From Polyangiaceae bacterium (GTDB taxonomy: Bacteria; Myxococcota_A; Polyangia; Polyangiales; Polyangiaceae), in NCBI GenBank assembly GCA_965222375.1, contig CBDCTZ010000016.1, positions 1,664,001 through 1,728,000 on the forward strand: DNA of 64,000 nt, read 5' to 3'. Made by a program: the position numbers and the translations under genes. Below are positions 8,260 through 19,451 of the stretch, one piece after another. Positions within the stretch are counted from its first letter, which is position 1. Each line of letters begins with the position of its first letter. The notes beneath the pieces are model-generated. The model worked only from the letters and a program-made list of their open reading frames with translations. It made no database searches and was not told the origin of the DNA.

Positions 8260-10740
8260 ATGGCCAACGACCCAGCTCACGGACGACCGCCGCCGCGCCC
8301 GGCCCCAAGTGGCGCGGCGCCAAGCGATCGTGAGCGCGCGGCGGCTGAGGGAAGCGAACCCTCGCTGCCCGGGGGTGGCACCTACTTCCTGGGTCGTTAC
8401 CGAATCGTCGACGAGATTGGCGTGGGTGGCATGGCCAGCGTGCACCTCGCGCGCGCGGATGGCCCCGGCGGGTTTCAGAAGTGGGTTGCGATCAAGCGGA
8501 TACACAAGCATCTGGCCGAGGACGAGACCTTCATCCGCATGTTCTTGGATGAAGCCCGCATCGCCGCGCGCATTTCGCATCCAAACGTTGCCCAGGTCTA
8601 CGATCTGGGAAAGCACCGCGACAGCTACTGGATCGCGATGGAGTACCTGCACGGCGAGCCCTTGCGGGAGGTGATGCGCGCGGTGGAAGAAGCGGGCGCG
8701 CCACGAATGGGACCCGAGCTAGCCGCGAAGATGGTCGCAGACTCCGCCGAGGGCCTGCATGCGGCTCACGAACTCCGGGACAAGGGCGGAAACCTGCTGA
8801 ACCTCGTGCACCGAGACGTGACCCCGCACAATCTCTTTCTCACCTACGACGGCGCTGTCAAGGTCGTGGACTTTGGGATCGCAAAGGTGACGGGTCGCCT
8901 ATCGAACACCCGTGCAGGTACCCTCAAGGGCAAGCTTGCGTACATGAGCCCGGAGCAAGTCCGCGGTGGCGCAATTGATCGAAAGACGGACATCTTCGCG
9001 CTCGGGGTCGTGCTTTGGGAGCTCACGACCGGGCGCAGGCTTTTCCGGATGGACAGCGATCTGGAAACCTTGGAGCGGGTCCAAGCGTGCGTCGTGGCCC
9101 CCCCGTCTACGGTAGTTCAGAACTACCCGGTTGAACTCGAATCGATCGTGATGCGCGCCCTCGCCAAGGATGCTGAGCGTCGCTATTCCTCAGCGCGGGA
9201 CATCTCACGAGCGCTTCAGCAGTACCTGATGCGAGCGGGCTCTTTCGTAGGTCCCGAAGAAATCGGCGCCTACGTCAAGCACGTGCTAAGTGATCGGTAC
9301 CAAAGGCGCGAAGCTCACCTCCAGTGGGCTGCCGAGGTGACCCAAACGATTTCACTTGAGCAGTTGGAGGGAAAGGCCGGAGCGACCCCAGATGATGACG
9401 AGGTGAGCCTGCTTTCCTTCCGCTCGGACGTGAAAGAAGTCCCTCGCCAACCGCCGCCTCGACCCGCCGCTGGCGCACGCCCGGCGGTCACCGCGCCCAT
9501 GCCGGAGGCAGGAGCACCGAAAGCCAAACCACAGACCTTAGCCATGTCCAATCGACCGCCTGCCGCATCCCCACCCTGGGACCGCAGCCGCCCGCTGGGC
9601 TCAAGCCCAGGGGAGCGGCCTCTCCCTCGCTACGAGTCATCGAACTCTACGGGTGCCGATGACATCTTGGAACCGGATGAAGATGACGAGGAGGCAAAGA
9701 CCCGCGTCACCGGCATGCCGGTGATTCCTCAAGACGTGAGGAAAGCGACCTCCTTGGGCCTCGGGCCGCCACCTCCGACGCCGAATACTGCTCTGCCCAG
9801 CTACGACTCGAATTCCTCCCCCGCTTCTTCGGATGGGTTCGAGATGCATGACTACGCTGAAGAGGACGAGGACGCCGTAACGTGCGTGATGGCTCCTCCT
9901 TCTGAGGCAGAAGAAAACCAGACCATCAGCACGGTGCACGAGCCGCCAAAGCCCTACCGACCCTCGGAGCCGCAACCCGATGATGCCGTCGTGGTTGCGC
10001 CTGTCTTGATGGCGAACGCCAACGAGACGATACCGCCGCAAGGGCACATGGTGCCTACTGGGCAACCGAACTCGCAGCGGGGCGCTGCGACGGCGGCCGC
10101 CTACCCGGCAACCGCGGCGCCGCCGTACTCCGGCCAGACCCAACAGCGTGAGGGCAAGTCGTCGGTGCTGATTGCCGTCATCGCGGCTGCCACGACGTTG
10201 ATTGCTCTGACCCTCACGGCGCTGGTGGTCCTGAAGCTGACCGAGAAGCCTCCCCCGCCGGCCCCCACGGTGGTGGGTGCGGGGACGCTGGCCCCGACGG
10301 CTGCGCCCACGGCAGCCCCCACGCCTCAGCCGACGACAACTGCAGCGCCGGTTGCAACGGCCGCCCCGACGGCAACAGCGGCTCCGACCGCTACAGCTGT
10401 CGACCCCGACAGCCTGCCCAAAGAGGCTCCCAAGCCCAAGCCCAAAACCGCGGCGGCGGCTCCGAAAAAGTTCGGAGGTGGGTTCAAATCAGTCCCAGCG
10501 CCGAAGCCCACTCCCGTCCCCGCGAGCAAGGAGCCCGGCTTCTTGACCATCATGTGCGCCCCCGCCTGCGACAAAGTCATCGCTGCCGGCCGGAATTTTG
10601 GACCGTCACCGGTCGTGCGCAGGCCCCTCCCGCCCGGTAGCCATGGGGTTGTGCTGAAAAAGGGCTCGGTGACGAAATCCATCGGGGTGACGATCACGTC
10701 TGGCGTTACGACCGCCCGACGCGTGAATATGGACCCATGA
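8260..10740 (+). CDS. membrane Hanks-type Ser/Thr protein kinase with Pro-rich linker and PEGA-like C-terminus
   Basis: IGVGGMA, VAIKRI, HRDVTPHN, DFG, YMSPEQ, DIFALG; TM VLIAVIAAATTLIALTLTALVVL; APTA repeats. Confidence 0.93.
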   Translation: MANDPAHGRPPPRPAPSGAAPSDRERAAAEGSEPSLPGGGTYFLGRYRIVDEIGVGGMASVHLARADGPGGFQKWVAIKRIHKHLAEDETFIRMFLDEARIAARISHPNVAQVYDLGKHRDSYWIAMEYLHGEPLREVMRAVEEAGAPRMGPELAAKMVADSAEGLHAAHELRDKGGNLLNLVHRDVTPHNLFLTYDGAVKVVDFGIAKVTGRLSNTRAGTLKGKLAYMSPEQVRGGAIDRKTDIFALGVVLWELTTGRRLFRMDSDLETLERVQACVVAPPSTVVQNYPVELESIVMRALAKDAERRYSSARDISRALQQYLMRAGSFVGPEEIGAYVKHVLSDRYQRREAHLQWAAEVTQTISLEQLEGKAGATPDDDEVSLLSFRSDVKEVPRQPPPRPAAGARPAVTAPMPEAGAPKAKPQTLAMSNRPPAASPPWDRSRPLGSSPGERPLPRYESSNSTGADDILEPDEDDEEAKTRVTGMPVIPQDVRKATSLGLGPPPPTPNTALPSYDSNSSPASSDGFEMHDYAEEDEDAVTCVMAPPSEAEENQTISTVHEPPKPYRPSEPQPDDAVVVAPVLMANANETIPPQGHMVPTGQPNSQRGAATAAAYPATAAPPYSGQTQQREGKSSVLIAVIAAATTLIALTLTALVVLKLTEKPPPPAPTVVGAGTLAPTAAPTAAPTPQPTTTAAPVATAAPTATAAPTATAVDPDSLPKEAPKPKPKTAAAAPKKFGGGFKSVPAPKPTPVPASKEPGFLTIMCAPACDKVIAAGRNFGPSPVVRRPLPPGSHGVVLKKGSVTKSIGVTITSGVTTARRVNMDP

Positions 10741-12446
10741 GGAAGGCGGTGTCCGCAGGCCTTGCGCTCGTTTTCGCGAGCGTTTGCTTCCCCTCGTGCG
10801 CAGAGAAGCCCGAGATCAAGATCGGCCTGCGCGATCCGTGCCTGGACATCAACGGCACGGCGTTTCGCGAGGCAGGCGCCTACACGGAGTTCGTGGTGTT
10901 TCGCAATGGTTGTCCCGCCGACGACGAGCTGAAAGCTGGGCGGACGGATGGTGCTGTCTTTCGATCTGTTGTCCCAATAGACGGCAACCTCCCGGATGTC
11001 GGTGATCTAGACAAAGTCAAGTACGGATTCGCGGCGCTCGTTCGCAACGAAAGCTGCGGCGTCGTCGGCTTCGGCTGCACGGCCGCCAATCTCGAAGACG
11101 TTCGGGAAGTGCGCATCGCCGTCTGCGACTGGTCGGCACAAACCCAGGACGGAGCGCCTACTTGTGCCTGCGATGTGCTCAGCGGGCCGGGTTGCGAGTC
11201 GCCGAAGATTTGCGACAAGGGTTCTTGTGTCAAGTCAGGTGAGTGCGTGATCGACGACGGGGACCTCAAAGGCTGTCCCCTCACCATCGCGGCGTCGGGT
11301 CCCCTGCCAGCACCGGCAGACTCTTCCTCGATCTTGAGCGGGCCCGGGCTCGTTGCGACTCCCGATGGTTTCGTCGTCGCTTTCCGGGAGATGAGTTCGG
11401 GAGGCGACAAAGGCCAAGTCAAGCTCGTGGGCCTCTCTGACTGCGGCGCGCCCGGGGTTCGGGCTGCCGTGGACCTCGCCTCGAACAAGCTCACCTGTAG
11501 TGGGGGCGCGTCCTCCGACGGTGTTGGCATCGCTTTCTCTGATGATACGGGGCTGGCGGCCGCGAGCCTGCCCAATTGCGGGAAAGGCGGTGGCGTCTTG
11601 CTCATGCCTTTCGATTCCAAGGGCGACCTTCACACGTCGCCATCCGGGCCGCGCAACGTCGCATTTGAGAAGTTCACGATGGTTTCGCCCACTGGGGCAG
11701 CGGCGGCGGGTGCGGGGCCATCCGACTTCGAACTCGTCTATCGCATCGAGGAGAGCCCCACGGTCGGCGATGTGCAGCGGGTGGTGCTTTCCGCGCCGGC
11801 GGGCGCCGTTAACGGGCCCTCGTTCAAGGAGGTGGCCGTAACGAATCCGCTGGGCGCCGAGAACATCCCCTTCGCCCATGTAGTCACGAGCAGCCAGGTA
11901 CGCGGTTTCGTCGGCCTGGTTCCGTCGAAGACGCCTGCCGGGGTCGTGATGAGCGTGGGACCCAATGCTTCCGACACCCTCGAGCCGAAGGGTGAAGTGG
12001 CATTGCCGGACGCCAACTGGGCTGCGGCCACCGCTTGGAACGACAAGGTTGCAGCGCTCGTTCCGACCCCCTCGGGCGCGACCTGGAAAGCTGCTCAACT
12101 TGCTGGCACCGCCGTTAGCGAGGTCGCGACTGGAACCGTTGGCAGTGGTGCCCTGAAGGGCGCCGGCATGACCACACTTCGGGATCACCTGTTGATCGTA
12201 ACCTCCACGAGCCAGGGAATGTCCGTGCATCGCATCAGCGGTGCGTCGGGAACCCTCTCGTCCTCGGCGGCAGACTCGGTGGCTCTGGCTCCGGATCTAG
12301 GTGGTGGAATCCTCGATGGTTTCGATGGTGAGCGGGTTGCAATTGCCGCCGCCCGAAGCCGCGTTGCCGTCGTTTGGATCAACAAGCCCCAGTTCTCCAC
12401 CGGCGACGTGATGGGCGGTTGGGCGCTCTTGAAGTGCCCGGAGTGA
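10737..12446 (+). CDS. Cys-rich lipoprotein of unknown function
   Basis: Signal peptide with lipobox-like Cys, many Cys, ATGA coupling to the kinase. Confidence 0.72.
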   Translation: MRKAVSAGLALVFASVCFPSCAEKPEIKIGLRDPCLDINGTAFREAGAYTEFVVFRNGCPADDELKAGRTDGAVFRSVVPIDGNLPDVGDLDKVKYGFAALVRNESCGVVGFGCTAANLEDVREVRIAVCDWSAQTQDGAPTCACDVLSGPGCESPKICDKGSCVKSGECVIDDGDLKGCPLTIAASGPLPAPADSSSILSGPGLVATPDGFVVAFREMSSGGDKGQVKLVGLSDCGAPGVRAAVDLASNKLTCSGGASSDGVGIAFSDDTGLAAASLPNCGKGGGVLLMPFDSKGDLHTSPSGPRNVAFEKFTMVSPTGAAAAGAGPSDFELVYRIEESPTVGDVQRVVLSAPAGAVNGPSFKEVAVTNPLGAENIPFAHVVTSSQVRGFVGLVPSKTPAGVVMSVGPNASDTLEPKGEVALPDANWAAATAWNDKVAALVPTPSGATWKAAQLAGTAVSEVATGTVGSGALKGAGMTTLRDHLLIVTSTSQGMSVHRISGASGTLSSSAADSVALAPDLGGGILDGFDGERVAIAAARSRVAVVWINKPQFSTGDVMGGWALLKCPE

Positions 12447-12458
12447 GCCGGCGCAGGC

Positions 12459-12653
12459 GTGCACAGCAAGGTCGACGACGCGTTTCGAACTCAAGCGTTT
12501 GAGTTCGGTCTTCGGTTTTGTTGCGAAGATTGCGCCTACTTCGACCTGGAAAGGCAGTGCTGCTCGCATGGATATCCGACCGAGGAGCACCGGCGGGCAG
12601 ACCTGGTCCAGCTTCAGGTCGTGGTCTTCTGCAAGGACTTCGAACTCACCTGA
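12459..12653 (+). CDS. small Cys/His-rich putative metal-binding protein (64 aa)
   Basis: FCCEDCAYFD...CCSHGYP...H...FCKDFEL; fills the gap between the lipoprotein gene and tilS. Confidence 0.65.
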   Translation: MHSKVDDAFRTQAFEFGLRFCCEDCAYFDLERQCCSHGYPTEEHRRADLVQLQVVVFCKDFELT

Positions 12654-12709
12654 GCCCATGACGCGATGCGCCCATGACGTGATGGCTCCGTCGCGCTAAC
12701 GCTCTAGAC

Positions 12710-13597
12710 ATGGCGCGCTCACATCCCCCGACATTGCTGACGCTGCTCCGGCGCACTCTGCGCTCGGAGTGCGCAGTCGGCCGTGGTGAGCGCTTGCTCG
12801 TGGCCGTTTCGGGTGGGCCGGATTCCCAGGCCCTCTTACATGCTCTTGGCATGCTGCGACAGCGCCTAGGACTGTGGCTGCACGCGCATAGCATTGACCA
12901 CGGCCTTCGCCCCGAGGCGGAAGCGGAGATCGACCACGCACGCCGTTTGGCGAAGAGCCTTGGAGTGCCCTTTTCGGTGGCTAGGCTGAACGTACCCGCA
13001 GGCGGCAACTTGATGGCTCGTGCTCGAGAAGCACGATACGCTGACCTCCAGGCAACTCAGCGACGACTCGGGGCGGGGTACATCGTGACGGCGCATCACG
13101 CCGACGACCGAGCCGAGACTGTCCTACTGCGCTTGCTTCGCGGAACATCCGTTTCGGGGCTAGCTGTGTTGCCACCCGTGGGCGACTCACGCCTACGGCC
13201 GATGATTCGAGCTCGCAAGAGCGATGTACTCGCGCACCTGCGCCGCCATCGAGTCTCCTTCGCTGATGACCCCAGCAATTTGGACCGGCGCTTCCTCCGG
13301 GTGCGTGTGCGCCACGAGTTGATGCCGCTGCTCAGCGAGCTGTCTCCTGGCATCGTCGATCACCTGAATGCTCTGGCCGATTCCGCCGCCGCGGACCCTC
13401 TGCCAGCCCTGCTGGACGAGTCGGGAATTCCGCTGCGATTGTCCCGATCCCATCGCCAGGCGCTGGGCCTTTTGTTGGCACGGCGCTCGCGCCGCGCCAG
13501 GGTGTCCCTGCCCGGGGGGCGCATCGCGAGGCTCGGAAAGGCTGGAATCGTAGTGGAGCCGGCCTTGGGGGCTGCCAAGCGGGCGAAAAGTGATTAA
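12710..13597 (+). CDS. tilS: tRNA(Ile)-lysidine synthetase (short form)
   Basis: VAVSGGPDS, DHGLR, AREARY, TAHHADDRAET, DDPSN; directly upstream of ftsH. Confidence 0.94.
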   Translation: MARSHPPTLLTLLRRTLRSECAVGRGERLLVAVSGGPDSQALLHALGMLRQRLGLWLHAHSIDHGLRPEAEAEIDHARRLAKSLGVPFSVARLNVPAGGNLMARAREARYADLQATQRRLGAGYIVTAHHADDRAETVLLRLLRGTSVSGLAVLPPVGDSRLRPMIRARKSDVLAHLRRHRVSFADDPSNLDRRFLRVRVRHELMPLLSELSPGIVDHLNALADSAAADPLPALLDESGIPLRLSRSHRQALGLLLARRSRRARVSLPGGRIARLGKAGIVVEPALGAAKRAKSD

Positions 13598-13638
13598 GCC
13601 TCCATGCAGGATCGTCTTTTGAATGCGCCCCAATCGAC

Positions 13639-13657
13639 GCCACCCCGATCGGGTGGC
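13639..13657. other. GC-rich inverted repeat between tilS and ftsH (hairpin or operator)
   Basis: GCCACCC-CGATC-GGGTGGC; no U-tract follows. Confidence 0.3.
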
Positions 13658-13706
13658 ATGATGATTAGCCCCGCCTGTGTCGTTCAGGTTTTCTTCGAGG
13701 TAGTTC

Positions 13707-15647
<1,941 letters not shown>

Positions 15648-15805
15648 GGTCTGGGACCTCCTCGCTGCTCCGGATCCACGCGTGCCCGCGCGGGCCTGTT
15701 CCGCACGGCCACTCGGAGCCAGTTCGCTTCATGTGCGATGGCGTTGTCAGCCCGCCGGGGAGACGACGGCGCCCGTGCTGCCACGGCCTGTCCTGCGCGC
15801 GGAGC

Positions 15806-17209
15806 TCACGTTCCATCGACGTTGGAGCTTGCCAGCAGCTCTCTTGCACGTTCCAGCAAGGGGTCGCGAGCATTAAGCGCTGGAGACTCGGTGACCTCTT
15901 CCAGCAGGGTCCGAAGCAGCGTTCCAAGCCAAGCCCCCGGGGGCCGTTCGGCCAGCTGAATCAAGTCGTGGCCGTTGACGGCGAGGTCCCTGACCGAAAA
16001 GGCCGCGCCTGCCTTTTGAACGCGCTCGGCCCGCTCCCGCAGCGCCTCGAGACGTTCCAGGTCATCCGAGGCATCTCGCCCCTTGCCCAGCACGTCGGCG
16101 CGATTGAGGGCGTAGAGGTCTTCGAGCAACTCCGGTGTGACTCGTCGGATCCACCGGCGCACCGCCGCGTCCGACCACGAGGCGTCATAGCAGATCAAAT
16201 GATGACGAATCAGACGCACAACGCGGTCTCGTTCATCGTTGCTGAATCGAAGGCGCTTGAGCATCGGGTCGGCCATTTCCGCACCGATGCGTTCGTGCTC
16301 GTAGAAGGTGTAGTCCTTTGTTTTTTCGCTGAACGCGCGGGAACGCGGCTTCCCGACGTCGTGGAGCAAGCCCGACATGCGCATGACCGGCTCAGGAGGG
16401 CAGTTGTCCAAGCATGCCATGGCGTGCCCCCACACATCGAAGGCGTGGTAGCGGTTTTGCGCGCAACCCACAGATTCCATGAGTTCCGGGGCGGAAATGG
16501 CCAGGAGCCCATGCTCTCGCATGATCTCGAAGGCGCGACTCGGCCGCGCCGCTTTCATGGTCTTCACCCACTCGTCGCGGATACGTTCCGGACTGACTTT
16601 GCGATAGCTCGCCAGGGAGGGCTCGATCGCGGCCGCTGTCTTGGGGTCCACCTCCACTTCGAGGGTGGCGGCAAACCGTGCAGCGCGAAGGACACGTAGG
16701 CCGTCTTCGGCGAAGCGCTCATCGGCTTCGCCCACTGCCCGCAGTAGGTTCGCCTTCAAGTCCAGGACCCCAGAGAAAGGATCAATCAGATTGTCCTCGA
16801 GGGGGTCGTAGGCCATCGCGTTGATGGTGAAGTCTCGACGCGCCAGATCCGCTACGATGTCATCGACGAAGTACACTGCGTCGGGTCGGCGACCATCCGA
16901 ATAGGTCGTTTCACCACGAAGGGTCGTGACCTCATACCCCGTGCCTTCGATCAGCACGGTGACCGTGCCATGCTCCAGGCCCGTTGGAATGACCTTCCGA
17001 AACAGTCTCTGCACTTGCTCCGGAAGCGCGTCGGTCGCGACGTCCCAGTCGTTTTCGGGTTGCGGGGCGCCCCGCCGTATTTGGGACAAGACGTGATCGC
17101 GCACGCAGCCACCGACAATCCAAGAGCGAAACCCGCCCTCGCGCAGTCGTGCGCACAGTGCCCGTACTGGCTTGGGCACGGCGTCTCGCAACAGGCTGAG
17201 CTCAATCAC
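15806..17209 (-). CDS. cca: class II tRNA nucleotidyltransferase (CCA-adding) with HD domain
   Basis: VGGCVRD, DWDVAT, RRDFTINA, EDGLRVLRAARF, ERIRDE, LLHDVGK; flexible loop ETTYSDGRRP present. Confidence 0.88.
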   Translation of the reverse strand: MIELSLLRDAVPKPVRALCARLREGGFRSWIVGGCVRDHVLSQIRRGAPQPENDWDVATDALPEQVQRLFRKVIPTGLEHGTVTVLIEGTGYEVTTLRGETTYSDGRRPDAVYFVDDIVADLARRDFTINAMAYDPLEDNLIDPFSGVLDLKANLLRAVGEADERFAEDGLRVLRAARFAATLEVEVDPKTAAAIEPSLASYRKVSPERIRDEWVKTMKAARPSRAFEIMREHGLLAISAPELMESVGCAQNRYHAFDVWGHAMACLDNCPPEPVMRMSGLLHDVGKPRSRAFSEKTKDYTFYEHERIGAEMADPMLKRLRFSNDERDRVVRLIRHHLICYDASWSDAAVRRWIRRVTPELLEDLYALNRADVLGKGRDASDDLERLEALRERAERVQKAGAAFSVRDLAVNGHDLIQLAERPPGAWLGTLLRTLLEEVTESPALNARDPLLERARELLASSNVDGT

Positions 17210-17284
17210 GGCGAGAAACCTAGCGTAACGTGACGCCGTCGACGCAACTTCTGGAAACCAAACCGGGCCAAAAGGGCGTGCGGG

Positions 17285-19144
17285 TCACTCTCCCCAGGGA
17301 TTGACCAGGCCCGGATCGGTGATTGCTGGTTTGGGTTTCGGCTTTGGCTTGGGTTTCGCCGGCCGCGGCTTGGGCCGAACCACCGGGCGGACCTTGGCGC
17401 CGGGCTTCTTCTCGAGCTTCACAATGTGTTTTTGCTTGCTACCATCGACTTCGATTTGCTGCGGTTTGAAGCCGTCTCGAGTGATCTCCAGTTTGACGTT
17501 CTCGCCCTCGGGGATCTGAAGCAGGAGCGGACTACTGCCGATCTCCTCACCGTCTTGGAGGATCGTGGCATCCATGGGCTCCACTGCGACCACCACCTGT
17601 GCCTTGCGTACCGTAGGCGCGCTCGGTTTAGGGTCCGCGGTGGTCTTCACGGGGTTGGGCTTGGGCTTGGGCTTGACTGGGGTTTCTGCACTCGGCGCAG
17701 TGTTCGCGGTGCTCTTCGAACTCGCCGCAAAGATGCCCACCACGATGACGATTGCAGTCAGGACCCCAGCAACGCCCGCGTACAAGGGCCAGCGCGTACG
17801 CTGGACTGCTCCGCTGGCTGGTGCGGCCGGCACCGGGGCGGGCATCCCCGGTCCTTTCTTGAAATAGTCGGCGGGAACGTTGAACCCACCGGACCGACCC
17901 ATCATTTCGGGAACGGCGTCCGGGATGGCTCCAGATTTCAACTTGTCCAGATCGGCCAAAAGCTCTTTCATCGACTCGTAGCGCTGCTCAGGGCGCTTCG
18001 AGAGGCACTTAAGAACGACGGCTTCAAGCCCGGGGGGAACTTCTTGCGGAGCCGGAACCAGGGCGCGAATCGGAACGGGCGCCTTGTACATGTGCTGGGT
18101 CAAAATCCCCATGAAGTTGTCGGCGTCGAAGGGGACCTTGCCGCTCGCCATTTCGTACAGAATGACGCCGAAGGAGTAGATATCGCCGCGATGATCCACC
18201 GGGGCGCCCGCGGCCTGCTCCGGTGACATGTAGTGGGGCGTTCCGAACACGGCACCTGCCCGAGTCAGCCTGCCCTCGCCGCTGGTCGACACCTTGGCGA
18301 TGCCAAAATCGAGGATCTTGACGAAATCCTTGGTACTGCTGCGTTCCACCAAGAAGATGTTGTCGGGTTTCAAGTCGCGATGGACGATGCCTGCTTCGTG
18401 CGCCGCAAGCAGGCCCTCCGCCAGTTGCCGCGCGACGTCGAGAATGCGCGGCACGGGAACGGGTTTGCCCTCCTCGACGATTTGCGTCAGCGGAAACCCG
18501 TCCAGGTACTCCATGACGAAGTAGGTCGAGCCATCCGGGAATTGGCCGAAGTCGCTGATGTCGATGATGTGCGCGTTGCCGATGGCCGATGCGGACTTGG
18601 CTTCGTTCAGGAAGCGCTCAGTCACTTCCTTGTCGCGGGCAAGGTCCGCGCGCAACACCTTCATCGCGACTTTCTTGCCGATGATCGTGTGTACGCACTT
18701 GTACACGACGCCCATGCCGCCCTCGCCGAGGACCCCTTCGACTTTGTAACGGGAATCGATCGTGCAGCCGATGTATGGATCCTCTTTGGGGATCATCGGC
18801 GTACCGTCGGCCTTGGTGATCTGGCTGATCTCGGTATCTGCGATGGACGCCGAAGGCGTGACCGTGACTAGCTTGAGTTCACTGTTCTTCGACACCCCCC
18901 CCGATGCGGGTTGCGCGGGCGCAGCCTCACTCACCGCGGGGACCGCTCCTGAGACGCTGGACGCTCGAGGTAGTGTGGGGGCGCCAGAGGGGCGCATCTC
19001 GCCAAAGGATCCAGAGGGTCGTGCCGTGCCCGACGGGACGCGCAGTTCGCCCGAAGCGCTCGAGGATGGAGCTGGCCCTTTTGGTCTCGGTGGGGGCCCC
19101 GGTGGCCCTGCGCGCGCTGCGCCCTTGTCGCGCTCGTCGGACAT
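17285..19144 (-). CDS. membrane Ser/Thr protein kinase with C-terminal PEGA-like domain
   Basis: LGEGGMG, VAMKVL, HRDLKPDN, DFG, GTPHYMSPEQ; TM WPLYAGVAGVLTAIVIVVGIF. Confidence 0.94.
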   Translation of the reverse strand: MSDERDKGAARAGPPGPPPRPKGPAPSSSASGELRVPSGTARPSGSFGEMRPSGAPTLPRASSVSGAVPAVSEAAPAQPASGGVSKNSELKLVTVTPSASIADTEISQITKADGTPMIPKEDPYIGCTIDSRYKVEGVLGEGGMGVVYKCVHTIIGKKVAMKVLRADLARDKEVTERFLNEAKSASAIGNAHIIDISDFGQFPDGSTYFVMEYLDGFPLTQIVEEGKPVPVPRILDVARQLAEGLLAAHEAGIVHRDLKPDNIFLVERSSTKDFVKILDFGIAKVSTSGEGRLTRAGAVFGTPHYMSPEQAAGAPVDHRGDIYSFGVILYEMASGKVPFDADNFMGILTQHMYKAPVPIRALVPAPQEVPPGLEAVVLKCLSKRPEQRYESMKELLADLDKLKSGAIPDAVPEMMGRSGGFNVPADYFKKGPGMPAPVPAAPASGAVQRTRWPLYAGVAGVLTAIVIVVGIFAASSKSTANTAPSAETPVKPKPKPNPVKTTADPKPSAPTVRKAQVVVAVEPMDATILQDGEEIGSSPLLLQIPEGENVKLEITRDGFKPQQIEVDGSKQKHIVKLEKKPGAKVRPVVRPKPRPAKPKPKPKPKPAITDPGLVNPWGE

Positions 19145-19451
19145 TAGATTATCGGCATCTGAAATTTACGTAAGGTAGCCCCACACCACCAGTTTTTACG
19201 TTCACGCTGGGCCATGGATCTGGACACTGGCCATGGGTTTAGTCGCCCTAGGAAAGACGTCACTAGCATGCTGCAAGCAAGGCATGGGCCCGCGCCTCGC
19301 CCGCAAAAACCCGCGACATTTGCCGCTTCGGCTCCGCCCTATTGCCATCCGTTGTCAGGGCAAGTGTGAAATCGTTGCATACATTGACAGGCGACGGGGT
19401 AGGCCATTTCCCCACCTTTCCGTAACAGATCGCTGCTACACCGAGTTGGCA

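Noticed and set aside
13654..13669. Sigma54 promoter before ftsH (TGGCATGATGATTAGC)
   Set aside because: The -12 GC is one base out of register with the strict GG-N10-GC spacing
15648..15805. Structured RNA or terminator between convergent ftsH and cca
   Set aside because: Only short GC stems without a U-tract, expected by chance at this GC content
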